Source of the DNA: Syntrophomonadaceae bacterium
GTDB lineage: Bacteria > Bacillota > Dethiobacteria > DTU022 > PWGO01
Direction of reading: 5' to 3'
Assembly (NCBI GenBank): GCA_003550565.1
Contig: PUKQ01000096.1
Span: 1-53,490 of the forward strand
DNA: 53,490 bases
The notes beneath the pieces are model-generated. The model saw only the letters and a program-made list of their open reading frames with translations, was not told the origin of the DNA and did no database searches. Shown here piece after piece: positions 36,919-46,485 of this stretch. The translations under genes were made by a program, and so were the position numbers. Position 1 is the first letter of the stretch. Every line of letters starts with the position of its first letter.

Positions 36919-38739
36919 ATGTGGTGGAGGTATTACCTATTGAAACTTGAAAACACCAGGAATTTCTGTATCATTGCCCACATTGATCATGGGAAGTCTA
37001 CCCTGGCTGACCGTATTTTAGAAATAACCGGCACTGTTACCGGCAGGAATATGAGAGAGCAGTTTTTAGATCGCATGGATTTGGAAAGGGAGCGTGGTAT
37101 AACTATAAAGATGCAGGCAGTGAGGTTGGATTACCAAACCCGTAGCGGTGATAGTTATATTTTAAACCTCATAGACACCCCCGGGCATGTGGATTTTTCT
37201 TATGAAGTTTCCAGAAGCCTTGCGGCCTGTGAAGGGGCAGTATTGGTAGTTGACGCCGCCCAAGGTGTAGAGGCCCAAACCCTGGCTAATATCTACTTGG
37301 CCCTGGAACATGATTTGGAAATAGTGCCGGTTATCAATAAAATAGATATGGCCAATGCTGACCCGGAAAAAGTGAAGCAAGAATTGAAAGATATTATTGG
37401 TCTGGAAGCAAGGGATGCTCTTCTTATTTCAGCAAAAGAAGGGACGGGAGTAGAAGATGTAATGGAGGCTATCATTCAAAAAATACCTCCTCCTCAAATA
37501 AGCGCCCCTGATGCGCCTTTAAAAGCTCTGGTTTTTGATTCGCATTATGATACCTACAGAGGGGTTATTGTTTATGTCAGAATGAAGGCAGGCCGGGTAA
37601 CTAAAGGTGATTACATCAAATTTATGAACACTGGTAAAGTTTTTGAGGTTGCTGAAACCGGTGTTTTCCAGCCGGATATGAAATCTACTAAAGAATTGGT
37701 AGCCGGTGACGTAGGTTATGTGGTGGCGGCTATTAAAAATGTGGCGGATGCCCGGGTTGGCGATACCATGACGTTAGCGGATAATCCGGCGGCAGAGCCG
37801 CTGCCCGGATATAGAGAAGTAAAACCCATGGTTTTTTGCGGCCTTTTTCCTCAAAGTAATGATGATTATGTAACTCTCAGGGATGGTATTGAGCGGCTTA
37901 AGCTTAATGACTCTGCTCTTACCTATGAGACAGAAAGGTCCTTGGCCCTTGGCGCCGGTTTCCGTTGTGGCTTTTTAGGTTTACTGCATATGGAGATTGT
38001 CCAGCAGCGGTTGGAAAGGGAATACGATTTAGATCTTATAATTTCAGCCCCCAATGTAGTTTACAAAGTGCATAAGCGTAATGGAGAAGTAGTGGAAGTA
38101 GATAATCCTTCCACGTTGCCTCCTGCAGACGAGAGGTTAATGATGGAAGAACCTTATGTGGACGGCGCGATATTTACTCCCGAAGAGTACGTAGGGGCAG
38201 TTATAGAGCTTTGCCAGGAAAAAAGGGGGGAATTTCAGAATATGGAATACCTTCATTCGGGACGCGTTAAACTTGCTTATTTGCTACCCTTAGGAGAAAT
38301 AATCTATGATTTCTTTGATTTGCTTAAATCTCGTTCCCGCGGGTATGCTTCCCTTGATTATACATTTCATGGCTACAGGGAGTCTAACCTGGTTTTGATG
38401 GATATAATGGTGGGAGGGCAAAAAGTAGATGCGCTTTCTTTCATAATTCATGAGGATAAGGCTTATCAGCGAGGCAGGGAAATGGTGGAAAAGTTAAAAG
38501 AGATTATTCCCAGGCAAATGTTCGATATACCACTGCAAGCTGCTATCGGCAATAAAGTGATTGCCAGGGAAACCATTAAAGCATTACGCAAAAATGTAAC
38601 GGAAAAATTATATGGCGGAGATGTCACGCGGAAACGCAAACTGCTGGAAAAGCAGAAAGAAGGGAAGAAAAAAATGAAACAACTGGGCAATGTGGAAATA
38701 CCACAGGAAGCTTTTACTGCTGTTTTAAAGGTAAGGTAA
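36919..38739 (+). CDS. lepA: Elongation factor 4 (LepA)
   Basis: [26 protein letters not shown] and NKID are GTPase motifs. The LepA-specific C-terminus follows (GYASLDY..., [14 protein letters not shown]). TTG at 36940, 9 nt after GGAGG, is a plausible true start. Confidence 0.95.
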   Translation: MWWRYYLLKLENTRNFCIIAHIDHGKSTLADRILEITGTVTGRNMREQFLDRMDLERERGITIKMQAVRLDYQTRSGDSYILNLIDTPGHVDFSYEVSRSLAACEGAVLVVDAAQGVEAQTLANIYLALEHDLEIVPVINKIDMANADPEKVKQELKDIIGLEARDALLISAKEGTGVEDVMEAIIQKIPPPQISAPDAPLKALVFDSHYDTYRGVIVYVRMKAGRVTKGDYIKFMNTGKVFEVAETGVFQPDMKSTKELVAGDVGYVVAAIKNVADARVGDTMTLADNPAAEPLPGYREVKPMVFCGLFPQSNDDYVTLRDGIERLKLNDSALTYETERSLALGAGFRCGFLGLLHMEIVQQRLEREYDLDLIISAPNVVYKVHKRNGEVVEVDNPSTLPPADERLMMEEPYVDGAIFTPEEYVGAVIELCQEKRGEFQNMEYLHSGRVKLAYLLPLGEIIYDFFDLLKSRSRGYASLDYTFHGYRESNLVLMDIMVGGQKVDALSFIIHEDKAYQRGREMVEKLKEIIPRQMFDIPLQAAIGNKVIARETIKALRKNVTEKLYGGDVTRKRKLLEKQKEGKKKMKQLGNVEIPQEAFTAVLKVR

Positions 38740-38804
38740 GTTGTTGGTTTCCTTTGCCCGGAAGATTTTCATGCTATCTTTTTTTCTACAGGAAAGTATT
38801 TACG

Positions 38805-38832
38805 AGAAAAACAAGCAGAAAGCCCACTGCTT
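38805..38832 (-). terminator. Weak hairpin plus T-run downstream of the 125-aa minus-strand gene
   Basis: On the minus strand, AAGCAG-N8-CTGCTT (38813-38832) is followed by GTTTTT. The stem is only 6 bp. Confidence 0.3.
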
Positions 38833-38848
38833 TAGCTGTAGGAGTATG

Positions 38849-39226
38849 TCAAATGAGAGTTAAATATACCTTTCCATCTTCTTTTAAGCCTTTTACCAAT
38901 TCGCAGTGCCGCAAAACTGAAACATGCTTTTCTAATTCTTTTTGGTCAAAATCAAATTGTTCTTTTATTTCTTCCCGGGTAGCTTTACCATGTTTTTTAA
39001 GATATTCGTACATTTCTTTCTGAACAGGTAAAAGCCCTTCAGCGCCTTGCTGTCCCATTTTTTCTCTCGTAATTTTAGCGGAATGAACTTGCAGTGGATC
39101 ACAGGTTTTGGGCACGCTTACTATTTCCAAGTAGCAATCTTCGCAAAGATTTTGACCGGCATGCCTGAATGCTTCATCTTCCGGAAGGTTTTCTCTCCCG
39201 CACTTTTCACAATCCATCCAAAGCAC
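38849..39226 (-). CDS. Small zinc-ribbon plus winged-helix-like protein, function unknown
   Basis: 125 aa. CEKCGR-x17-CEDCY gives a C-x2-C...C-x2-C pattern. The C-terminal half (MYEYLKKHGKATREEI...LEKHVSVLRHCELVKG) looks like a wHTH. The likely start is MDCEKC at 39217. Confidence 0.55.
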   Translation of the reverse strand: MLWMDCEKCGRENLPEDEAFRHAGQNLCEDCYLEIVSVPKTCDPLQVHSAKITREKMGQQGAEGLLPVQKEMYEYLKKHGKATREEIKEQFDFDQKELEKHVSVLRHCELVKGLKEDGKVYLTLI

Positions 39227-39416
39227 CTCTTTTTTTATTGGACATTACTAATTTATACGTTTGACTGCTTTAATCATAACATTTTATTAGTTTAAAAAAA
39301 ATGAACCTAAAATGAACTTCCCCGTAAAAAATTACATTGTGGGTATAGACATGTTCAAAAGGTAATTAGTATAATACTCATAGTTTAAAAATGCAGGAGA
39401 AGAAAGGGAAGGGATA

Positions 39417-41489
39417 ATGTCAAGAAGTAAACTTTTAGGAATAGCGGTAATTATAGGTGTTTTGGTAATTATGGGCGTATTATATTCTCAAGGAATATTT
39501 GGCACGCCTTTTTTTGTTGAAAGAACAGATGATGAAGATATATCGGATTCCCCCGGTGAAGAGAATGATGTAGATGAAGAAAAAAAAGAAGTTGATTGGA
39601 AAGAAGTTGCTTATGAAGTAGGTGCCAATGAATTGGGCAGGGTTCCTGTTTTTGTCTACCATGCCATTGATGATGAAGAAGGGCGTTGGACACGCACCCC
39701 GGAAAACTTTAGAAACGACTTGCAGGAACTATATGATAACGATTATGTGCTGGTATCAATGAGCGATTATTTAAAAGGTAATATGGATGTGCCCGGGGGA
39801 AAATCACCGGCAATACTAACTTTTGATGATAGCACCACCGGTCAATTTCGCCTTATAGAAGATGAAGAAGGAAATTTAAAAGTAGATCCTGATTGTGCGA
39901 TTGGCATTTTAAAGGATTTTGGAGAAAAGAACCCTGAGTTTGGCCATACGGCAACATTTTATATAAATAGCTATCCTTTTAGTTCTGAACCCGAGCAGCG
40001 GCAATACTGGAAGAAAAAGTTACAAAAGCTTGATGAATGGGGCTTTGAAATAGGCAATCATACCTTTAATCACACCAATCTGGGGGAACTTGATCCTGAG
40101 GAAATAAAAGCAGAAATAGCCGATTTGAAAGCGCATGTTCTAGAGGCAGTTCCGGATTATGAAATTAATAGTTTTGCCATAGTTCAGGATGGAGTGCCCG
40201 ATGACTACGATCTTTTAATTGAAGGAGAAAGTGAGGGAGTTACTTACGAACATGATGGGGTAGTTAAATGGGCCTGGGAAGATGATTATTCTCCTTTTCA
40301 TAATGATTTTGACCCCCATGCTATAGACCGTATCCAGGTTTACGATGAAGGCGCTGAGGAGGGAAGTAGCTTAACTAAATGGCTGGATAGAATTGAACAT
40401 CGGCGATACGTAAGTGATGGTAATAATGAAACCATATCATTTCCGTCTGAATGGGAGGAGGAACTGGGGGAGGATTTTGGCAAAGAAGTTATTACCTATG
40501 AGAAGGAGAACTTGTCCAGGACCCCGGCGAAAGAGAAACAGGCTTCTGAAGCCAAAGGTATGCATGTAACCTATTACTCGGCATCTTCGGAAACCAGGTG
40601 GGAAAACTTTATAAATATGGTAGACGATACCCAGATGAATGCGATTCAGCTGGATTTAAAAGATGAATCGGGATATATGGGGCATGAATCAACCGTTGAG
40701 CTGGCTCAGGAAATTGGAGCCAGCAAAAATTTTTTGCCTGCTGAAGAGATGGTTGCCGATTTACAGGAAAGAGGCATTTATTCTATTGCCCGTATAGTTG
40801 TTTTTCGGGATCCGGTTTTAGCAGAAGAAAGGCCCGAATATATGGTAAAAAGAAAAGATGGTGAGCCTCTGGGAGGTGGGAATTGGGTGGATCCTACCAA
40901 CAAAGAGGTATGGGAATATAATTTGGAACTGGCCCGGGAGGCTTATGAAATGGGGTTTGATGAAGTACAGTATGATTACATACGCTTTCCGGAAGGACAT
41001 GCCGCTTGGGAAGCAGAGTATAAAAAAGATGTGGGCGAAAAACGTTATGAGTTTATGAATGATTTTCTAAAGTATGTGCGAAAGGAAATTGGGTGGGATA
41101 AAAGATTGTCGGCAGCAGTTTTTGGTTTTATTAGTGTGGCCCAGGATGACTTAAAAATCGGTCAGAGGCCTGAACAAATGGGCCCTTATTTGGATTATAT
41201 GTCGCCCATGGTATATCCATCCCATTATTCTCCGGGAAACTACGGCTTAGATAATCCCAATGCGCATCCGTATGAGGTGGTTGATGAATCAATGGCTGAA
41301 TTCCATGAATTACTGGAAAAATCCGGTTGTAAACTGCGACCCTGGCTGCAAGCATTTACTCTGGGCTCACCCAGTTATGGAAGAGAAGAAATTCGGGCTC
41401 AAATAGAAGCCACCGAAAAGAATGGTATTGATACCTGGTTATTATGGAATCCCCGCACAGTTTATAATAAAGATGAAATAGTTCCCTAG
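39417..41489 (+). CDS. Membrane-anchored polysaccharide deacetylase (CE4/NodB-like) fused to a putative glycoside-hydrolase-like TIM-barrel (GHL/DUF4015-like) domain
   Basis: 690 aa. N-terminal TM helix, then an acidic linker. VPVFVYHAI, LTFDDS and GNHTFNHTNL are CE4-type motifs. The C-terminal ~330 aa (NAIQLDLKDESGYMG, ARIVVFRD, EVQYDYIRFP, MSPMVYPSHY) resemble the GH-like domains found in exopolysaccharide-processing enzymes. Confidence 0.7.
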   Translation: MSRSKLLGIAVIIGVLVIMGVLYSQGIFGTPFFVERTDDEDISDSPGEENDVDEEKKEVDWKEVAYEVGANELGRVPVFVYHAIDDEEGRWTRTPENFRNDLQELYDNDYVLVSMSDYLKGNMDVPGGKSPAILTFDDSTTGQFRLIEDEEGNLKVDPDCAIGILKDFGEKNPEFGHTATFYINSYPFSSEPEQRQYWKKKLQKLDEWGFEIGNHTFNHTNLGELDPEEIKAEIADLKAHVLEAVPDYEINSFAIVQDGVPDDYDLLIEGESEGVTYEHDGVVKWAWEDDYSPFHNDFDPHAIDRIQVYDEGAEEGSSLTKWLDRIEHRRYVSDGNNETISFPSEWEEELGEDFGKEVITYEKENLSRTPAKEKQASEAKGMHVTYYSASSETRWENFINMVDDTQMNAIQLDLKDESGYMGHESTVELAQEIGASKNFLPAEEMVADLQERGIYSIARIVVFRDPVLAEERPEYMVKRKDGEPLGGGNWVDPTNKEVWEYNLELAREAYEMGFDEVQYDYIRFPEGHAAWEAEYKKDVGEKRYEFMNDFLKYVRKEIGWDKRLSAAVFGFISVAQDDLKIGQRPEQMGPYLDYMSPMVYPSHYSPGNYGLDNPNAHPYEVVDESMAEFHELLEKSGCKLRPWLQAFTLGSPSYGREEIRAQIEATEKNGIDTWLLWNPRTVYNKDEIVP

Positions 41490-41574
41490 ACAATTCTTTT
41501 ATGTGGTTAAAACTTTATTCCTGTTAAAATAATTTTGTAAACCTTTGTTTTAACTTTTGTGATTTTTACAAAGC

Positions 41575-42213
41575 TCAGGCTTTATTTAATGTAGCCTTTA
41601 AATTGTTAAATCCGCTCCACAGCAGATAAAAAGCAACTGCTATCGAGCCCAGGGAGTCCATGTAAGGGGTAACCGGAGCAGTGGGATCAATAAGGACTGC
41701 TGAAAGGGAAATAATCACTACAAGATCAACCATTGCTTTGGCTCGATATAGCAAACGTTGAGAATTTATGACGATATTAAAGTTTTCTCTAGTCATTCTG
41801 GTATAGCGTCTCCAGAACCAGGAATTTGTTAAAAAACCGAGGGTGGCAATAGCCATCCCGGGGTAAACATTTCCTCCCGGTTCAAAAGTAGAAAAGCGGG
41901 TTATAGTTACTATAAACATGGTCGCACCTGATATGCCCATAGCAATAGCCACGCTGAACCCTGCAATTCTTTCCAGGCGGACTTTTTTCTTAACTGTTGT
42001 TTCTTCACCCTTTTCTACAACACGGAAGACGCGCCAGGAAATGAAAAGGGCCACTAATTCTACACTACGGCGAATAAAATCTGCCAGTTGAGTTGTAGAC
42101 TGGCTGAGGACAACAGCAATACCGGTGGCCAAGGGAGCCCACATGCTTAGCAAAAGAGCAGCGATTAATGTTTTTTCGCGGCTGGCAATTTGCTCCGGGG
42201 AAAGATCGCTCAT
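41575..42213 (-). CDS. Six-TM cation-efflux (CDF)-like membrane domain protein without cytoplasmic domain
   Basis: 212 aa, about 6 hydrophobic helices. QSTTQLADFIRRSVE resembles CDF TM2, but the canonical D-x3-D / H-x3-D metal ligands appear substituted. Its start lies 1 nt after the upstream gene's stop. Confidence 0.45.
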   Translation of the reverse strand: MSDLSPEQIASREKTLIAALLLSMWAPLATGIAVVLSQSTTQLADFIRRSVELVALFISWRVFRVVEKGEETTVKKKVRLERIAGFSVAIAMGISGATMFIVTITRFSTFEPGGNVYPGMAIATLGFLTNSWFWRRYTRMTRENFNIVINSQRLLYRAKAMVDLVVIISLSAVLIDPTAPVTPYMDSLGSIAVAFYLLWSGFNNLKATLNKA

Positions 42214-42214
42214 T

Positions 42215-42952
42215 TTATAACCCCAAAGAAGAGAATAAATAAGTTAAAGGAAAGATTAGCGCGGCAGCACTCAGGGGAACGGTTAGAGTATCACTGCCAT
42301 TTCTGGAAAAAAGCTCCACCAGGCCACACACAGGTGCTACTAAAATTGAGACTAGTAAGCTTGGAAACCAGGTAATGCCACCGTAGAAAAACAATGTCAA
42401 AAATACGGCCAGCCCTGCTATGAGAATCATAGCTGTTGTCCCTTCAAGGGATTTAGCTTTTTCGATGTAACGGTGCAAATTGTTTGTTCGTCCCAGTACT
42501 TTTCCTACCAGCGCTGCAGCAGCATCGCCAAATCCCCAACCCATCACGGCTACTGCTGCTACGAATTGCCAATTAGGCCCTAACAAACCCCAAAAAATAA
42601 AAATTAGAACAGCAAAAGTAAATTGAACATATATAAGTTGTTTTCTTAGCTCTCCGGCTTTGAGAGTACTTTGCCGATCTACAAACAGTTTTTTATATAG
42701 AGCTGATTTTTCCATAATTAAGAGAGCCGGATAGCCGATTACAGCTAAAATTAATGCTGCGCTTACAGCTAAATACCAGGCGCTAAATAAATTTAAAAGA
42801 AGGAATATCGACATGCTATATGCTATATGGTGAAGTTTACGCACATATTCGGTGGGAACTTTAAAATAAAATTTGAGTATAACCGGGACCAAAACCACAA
42901 CGAGTAGATAATATGCTATCAATATGACGGTGCCTATAAGGTCACTATTCAT
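42215..42952 (-). CDS. CTP-dependent polyprenol/phytol/dolichol kinase-like membrane protein (second paralogue)
   Basis: Motifs: VRKLHHI, GWGFGDAAAALVGKVLGR, KSLEGTTAMI and ELFSRNGSDTLTVP. ATG at 42952 (MNSDLIG) follows GGAG at 7 nt. The ORF track extends to 43000. Confidence 0.6.
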   Translation of the reverse strand: MNSDLIGTVILIAYYLLVVVLVPVILKFYFKVPTEYVRKLHHIAYSMSIFLLLNLFSAWYLAVSAALILAVIGYPALLIMEKSALYKKLFVDRQSTLKAGELRKQLIYVQFTFAVLIFIFWGLLGPNWQFVAAVAVMGWGFGDAAAALVGKVLGRTNNLHRYIEKAKSLEGTTAMILIAGLAVFLTLFFYGGITWFPSLLVSILVAPVCGLVELFSRNGSDTLTVPLSAAALIFPLTYLFSSLGL

Positions 42953-43063
42953 TTTAGTCTCCTCTAAAAAAATTGCTTTTATAGTTTCAAATAATATCAC
43001 ATTACAGGCAGTACAGCAACATTGACAACAGAATTGGTGAAGTGGGTTATATTTCTGCCATTA

Positions 43064-43072
43064 TGATATAAT
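43064..43072 (+). promoter_or_regulatory. Possible extended -10 promoter (TGaTATAAT) for the geranylgeranyl-reductase-like gene
   Basis: TGATATAAT lies about 60-70 nt upstream of the start, in the 130-nt divergent intergenic region. The -35 is weak. Confidence 0.3.
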
Positions 43073-43130
43073 TGATGCAAAATGTTTTTAAATTATTAAC
43101 CGTGCAAACCATAAATGCGGAAATAAACAA

Positions 43131-44468
43131 ATGGAGATATTTATGATGAAAACTGAAATTATAATTGTTGGTGCAGGGCATGGCGGGTTAGTGGCTGCTA
43201 CTAAGCTTGCCCGCAGCGGTTTTCAGGTTGTCGTGTTTGAAAAAAGTGAACGTAACAAATTATCCTGGAACTGGAAAGATTGTTTGGATTTAGAGGTATT
43301 TGAAAGGATTAACCTTTCCAGGCCGAAGCCTTTTGAGTATGAAACCCCGGCGAATTTCCGTTTTTTTTCTCCCAATGAAAAAAATTATATTGACACCGAC
43401 GTTCCTCCTGAAGAACGGGAAAAGTCCATGGAAAGAAGGTTGCTGATGGAGAAATTACTTATGCATGCGCTTGATGCAGGGGTAGATTTTTATTTTAATC
43501 GGGAGGTTTCCGGTCCACTTTTGGAAGGTAATAAAATATGTGGCATTAAGGTTGGAGAGGAGCATCATTATGCAGATTTAATCATCGATTCCGCCGGTTT
43601 CAATTCTCCAATTAGGCCGAATCTGCCCTCTGAATATGAAATAACCTCTAACCTGGCAGATGGGGATTATATTTATGCCTACCGGGGATATTTTAATAAA
43701 AAACAGAATAAGCGTTTTTGGGATATCATTATCGGTTATAAGAATAAGCGCGGTATCTCATGGTTAAATACTTCTTCGAAAGATGAGGCAGACATTTTAA
43801 TTGGTTCTGTACATCCGTTTGAAGAAGGGGAAATCGAAGCATTAGTTCACGATTTGAGAATAAAATACCCGGTGGTGGGCACGGAACTTTTGCGCGGCGG
43901 TCAGGTGGAATTGATTCCTATTCGACGGTCTTTAGAAAAATTTGTGGGAGATAATTATGCGGCAGTGGGTGATGTTGCATGCATGACCAACCCTATCAAT
44001 GGCTCCGGGATTACCAGAAGCATGATTGCCGGAGATATACTTGCCCATAATGTAATAAAAGCCCGTAAAAATGCTCATAATACTTATACCACAAGTATTT
44101 TATGGCCATATCAAGTGGAGTATTTTCGGGAAATAGGGGCAAAACAAGGGTACATAGAAGTGATGAAAAATTTCTTAATTTCCATAGATGATTTTAGCAA
44201 AATCGATTTTTTATTTAAAAATAAGCTTTTGGCCCCTAATGATATAATTACAAATTTGATGGGCAAAGAATTAAATCTTGGAGTCGGTGAGATGCTTTGG
44301 CGTGGGTTTCGAGGAATGAAAAGAGGAGACATTTTAATAGAATTAGCTCATACAATAAATACAGCCGACAAGGTAAAAAAACATTATTTAAATATTCCTC
44401 ATTATTATGATCGCCACAAATTCTTAAAGTGGAAAAAGCAATTAGAAAGATATGTGGTAAAAAATTAA
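43131..44468 (+). CDS. FAD-dependent oxidoreductase, geranylgeranyl reductase-like
   Basis: EIIIVGAGHGGLVAATKLARSGFQVVVFEK is the dinucleotide fold. AAVGDVACMTNPINGSGI is the GD-type FAD motif. The likely true start is ATG at 43143, after GGAG. Confidence 0.7.
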   Translation: MEIFMMKTEIIIVGAGHGGLVAATKLARSGFQVVVFEKSERNKLSWNWKDCLDLEVFERINLSRPKPFEYETPANFRFFSPNEKNYIDTDVPPEEREKSMERRLLMEKLLMHALDAGVDFYFNREVSGPLLEGNKICGIKVGEEHHYADLIIDSAGFNSPIRPNLPSEYEITSNLADGDYIYAYRGYFNKKQNKRFWDIIIGYKNKRGISWLNTSSKDEADILIGSVHPFEEGEIEALVHDLRIKYPVVGTELLRGGQVELIPIRRSLEKFVGDNYAAVGDVACMTNPINGSGITRSMIAGDILAHNVIKARKNAHNTYTTSILWPYQVEYFREIGAKQGYIEVMKNFLISIDDFSKIDFLFKNKLLAPNDIITNLMGKELNLGVGEMLWRGFRGMKRGDILIELAHTINTADKVKKHYLNIPHYYDRHKFLKWKKQLERYVVKN

Positions 44469-44594
44469 CGCGCCTGGCTGCTGAGGGCTTAGCAAAAAGA
44501 CTGTCCTGCCTAATTTGACAGTTGAAACAAAAATATATACATTTAAGTTAATCAAGCCTGTAAACTCATACGTGTTTGATAGGAGGGCATAATC

Positions 44595-44873
44595 TTGTCA
44601 AAGGTAGCGAAAACAAGAGAGAATATCTTAAAATGTTTGTGTAAAAAGTGCCCGACTTACTCCTTCACCTGCAAGGTGATGGCCATGCCGGGAAACCTCA
44701 TTTTGCTGGTTGACCCTAAAGAAGACAGACCCTGGGCTGAAACAATGTTTTGCGCCTACAGTAAGAGCAATTGTATTAAGGAAGAAAAAGGCTGCCTCTG
44801 TGCAAAGTGTGAAGTATACAAAGAGAATGGACTGACAAATATCTACTTCTGCCTCGCAGACGGCGGAAAATAA
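44595..44873 (+). CDS. Small Cys-rich protein, DUF2769-like
   Basis: 92 aa. CLCKKCPTY...C...FCAYSKSNC...GCLCAKCEVY...YFC matches the Cys pattern as I remember the DUF2769 family. It has a TTG start 8 nt after GGAGGG. Confidence 0.55.
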   Translation: MSKVAKTRENILKCLCKKCPTYSFTCKVMAMPGNLILLVDPKEDRPWAETMFCAYSKSNCIKEEKGCLCAKCEVYKENGLTNIYFCLADGGK

Positions 44874-45136
44874 ACTAAACCAAAGGGAAGATCTGGGGTT
44901 ATTAGAAGATTTACTTTTTGCTCCCACCTTCCAGCTTTAGTTTTCTGCCCATCAGCTCGGCTAATCTTTGCTTCAGATAGATAAGGCTATTGAACTGGAG
45001 TTGGCTTAAGGAGGAAACGGGACGTAACCATGACAAGCATGCTTTCTGGTAACCCCTGCTATAATAATAAGGACAATAAATATACAGTGGCGGTAGAACT
45101 AAATTAAGGACTATTTAAAAATTAGAGGGTGAGGTT

Positions 45137-46291
45137 ATGATGATTAGACACCTTTCTTGCGCATTAATTACTGTTTTCCTTCTTTCCTGTCTGGAGTTTG
45201 CCATTGCAACCTCTGGTGGGCAAACAGCAGAATTACAACTTGCTGAAAGTGCAGAGTCGCTGATGGAAGTTTCAGGAGATGCTGTTTTAGAGGTTGATAA
45301 TCAAACAAATAGCGGGGAAACGGGGGCAATTATAGCTTTAGCTGCGGAGATTGTGCAGCAGAAAGATGATGGTTCTGCTGGTGCGAATGGTATTATTGAA
45401 GTAAGTGATATCCAAGATATTAATAATGAAGAACCTGCTCTAGATGAAGATCCTGCAACTGAAGAACCTATTATAGATGAAGATCCTGCAACTGAAGAAC
45501 CAACTATAGAAGAACCCGTTGAGGAAGAGCCTGCCGAGGATTATAACACAGAGGAAGAGAACGCGCAGCTTTTGCCTTCACTATTTGAGGGCTTGCAGGA
45601 AGTCTTTAGTAATATTGTAGACAGTATCAATGAAATGCTGGTAGGCATAGGGGAGTATCTGGCGGAGGTACAGGAAATGGTGCGGGAGTTAATTGTCGAA
45701 GAAGTTCCGGAACTGGATGGAGAACCTGTTCCATTGCCGGAAGACCCCGTTGACCCGGCCCCTGAACCGGAAGATCACGCTTATCAAGTCAATTGGGGTA
45801 TGTTGCTGTTATTTGCATTTATGGGCGTTCTGGTGATCGGCGGGTTCATCTGGTATATTCTATCCCGGCGGGATCATATTCGGATAGTTGACGATGAAAC
45901 CGGAGAACTATTAGAAACCCGGCAAATTAAAGTGTATCCCCGAACCAAAATTGACCTGACTGATGCTTTAGAGCATGCTTATAATGATGCGGTGCGTGTC
46001 CAGTTTTTAAAGCCTATTATCAATGAATTACAGGGCTACCGCATCCTATTTCTGCTGGAGGATAGAAAAATTGCAGAGATAGAAACCTACCGGGGAGAGC
46101 TGGAATTTCGGGTTAGCTTGCCGCAACCTCCGCAAGAGGAAGAGCATAAGGGGCAGAGGCCACAAGAACAGGGAGAACAGCAGGCAGGAAGGCAGAATAT
46201 GCGACAGGAAGGGCAGCCTGAACCTGCATCGCCTTCTGATTCTTCTAATAATGACGAAACGGATGAAACCCCGGACCTTGATGATCGATAA
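45137..46291 (+). CDS. Acidic repeat-containing single-pass membrane protein, unknown function
   Basis: 384 aa. Signal-peptide-like N-terminus, then a long D/E/P-rich region with tandem DEDPATEEPxI repeats. TM helix WGMLLLFAFMGVLVIGGFIWYIL. A ~100-aa C-terminal domain is followed by a Q/E-rich tail. Confidence 0.6.
   Translation: MMIRHLSCALITVFLLSCLEFAIATSGGQTAELQLAESAESLMEVSGDAVLEVDNQTNSGETGAIIALAAEIVQQKDDGSAGANGIIEVSDIQDINNEEPALDEDPATEEPIIDEDPATEEPTIEEPVEEEPAEDYNTEEENAQLLPSLFEGLQEVFSNIVDSINEMLVGIGEYLAEVQEMVRELIVEEVPELDGEPVPLPEDPVDPAPEPEDHAYQVNWGMLLLFAFMGVLVIGGFIWYILSRRDHIRIVDDETGELLETRQIKVYPRTKIDLTDALEHAYNDAVRVQFLKPIINELQGYRILFLLEDRKIAEIETYRGELEFRVSLPQPPQEEEHKGQRPQEQGEQQAGRQNMRQEGQPEPASPSDSSNNDETDETPDLDDR
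45443..45508 (+). repeat. Two tandem 33-nt in-frame repeats (31/33 identical)
   Basis: GATGAAGATCCTGCAACTGAAGAACCTATTATA is followed by GATGAAGATCCTGCAACTGAAGAACCAACTATA. They encode DEDPATEEPII and DEDPATEEPTI. Confidence 0.9.
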
Positions 46292-46485
46292 CCAGGGATG
46301 TAGAAAGGATTTATTTCCGCTCTTTTGTGATAAATGTCATATATAGATACTTGGAATTTGGCGATTTTCACTTTGGTTGACAGTAATTCAATAATATACT
46401 AACTTACTTTTATTACTGATTTCTAATATTAATACTCTTACCTCTAGATTAATTATAAAAAAGCTAACCGGATAAAACTTCTTTT

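Noticed and set aside
38754-39023. 89-aa plus-strand ORF downstream of lepA
   Set aside because: It is antisense to the zinc-ribbon/wHTH gene, whose frame shows C-x2-C pairs and a helix-turn-helix-like segment. It has no RBS.
41490-41574. AT-rich hairpin (TTTGTAAA ... TTTACAAA) as a bidirectional terminator between convergent genes
   Set aside because: The 8-bp stem is all A/T apart from one G-C pair, and the loop is about 23 nt. It is too unstable to call.
44628-44927. 99-aa minus-strand ORF antisense to the DUF2769-like gene
   Set aside because: The plus-strand frame has a GGAGGG RBS and a structured Cys pattern. The antisense frame has neither.
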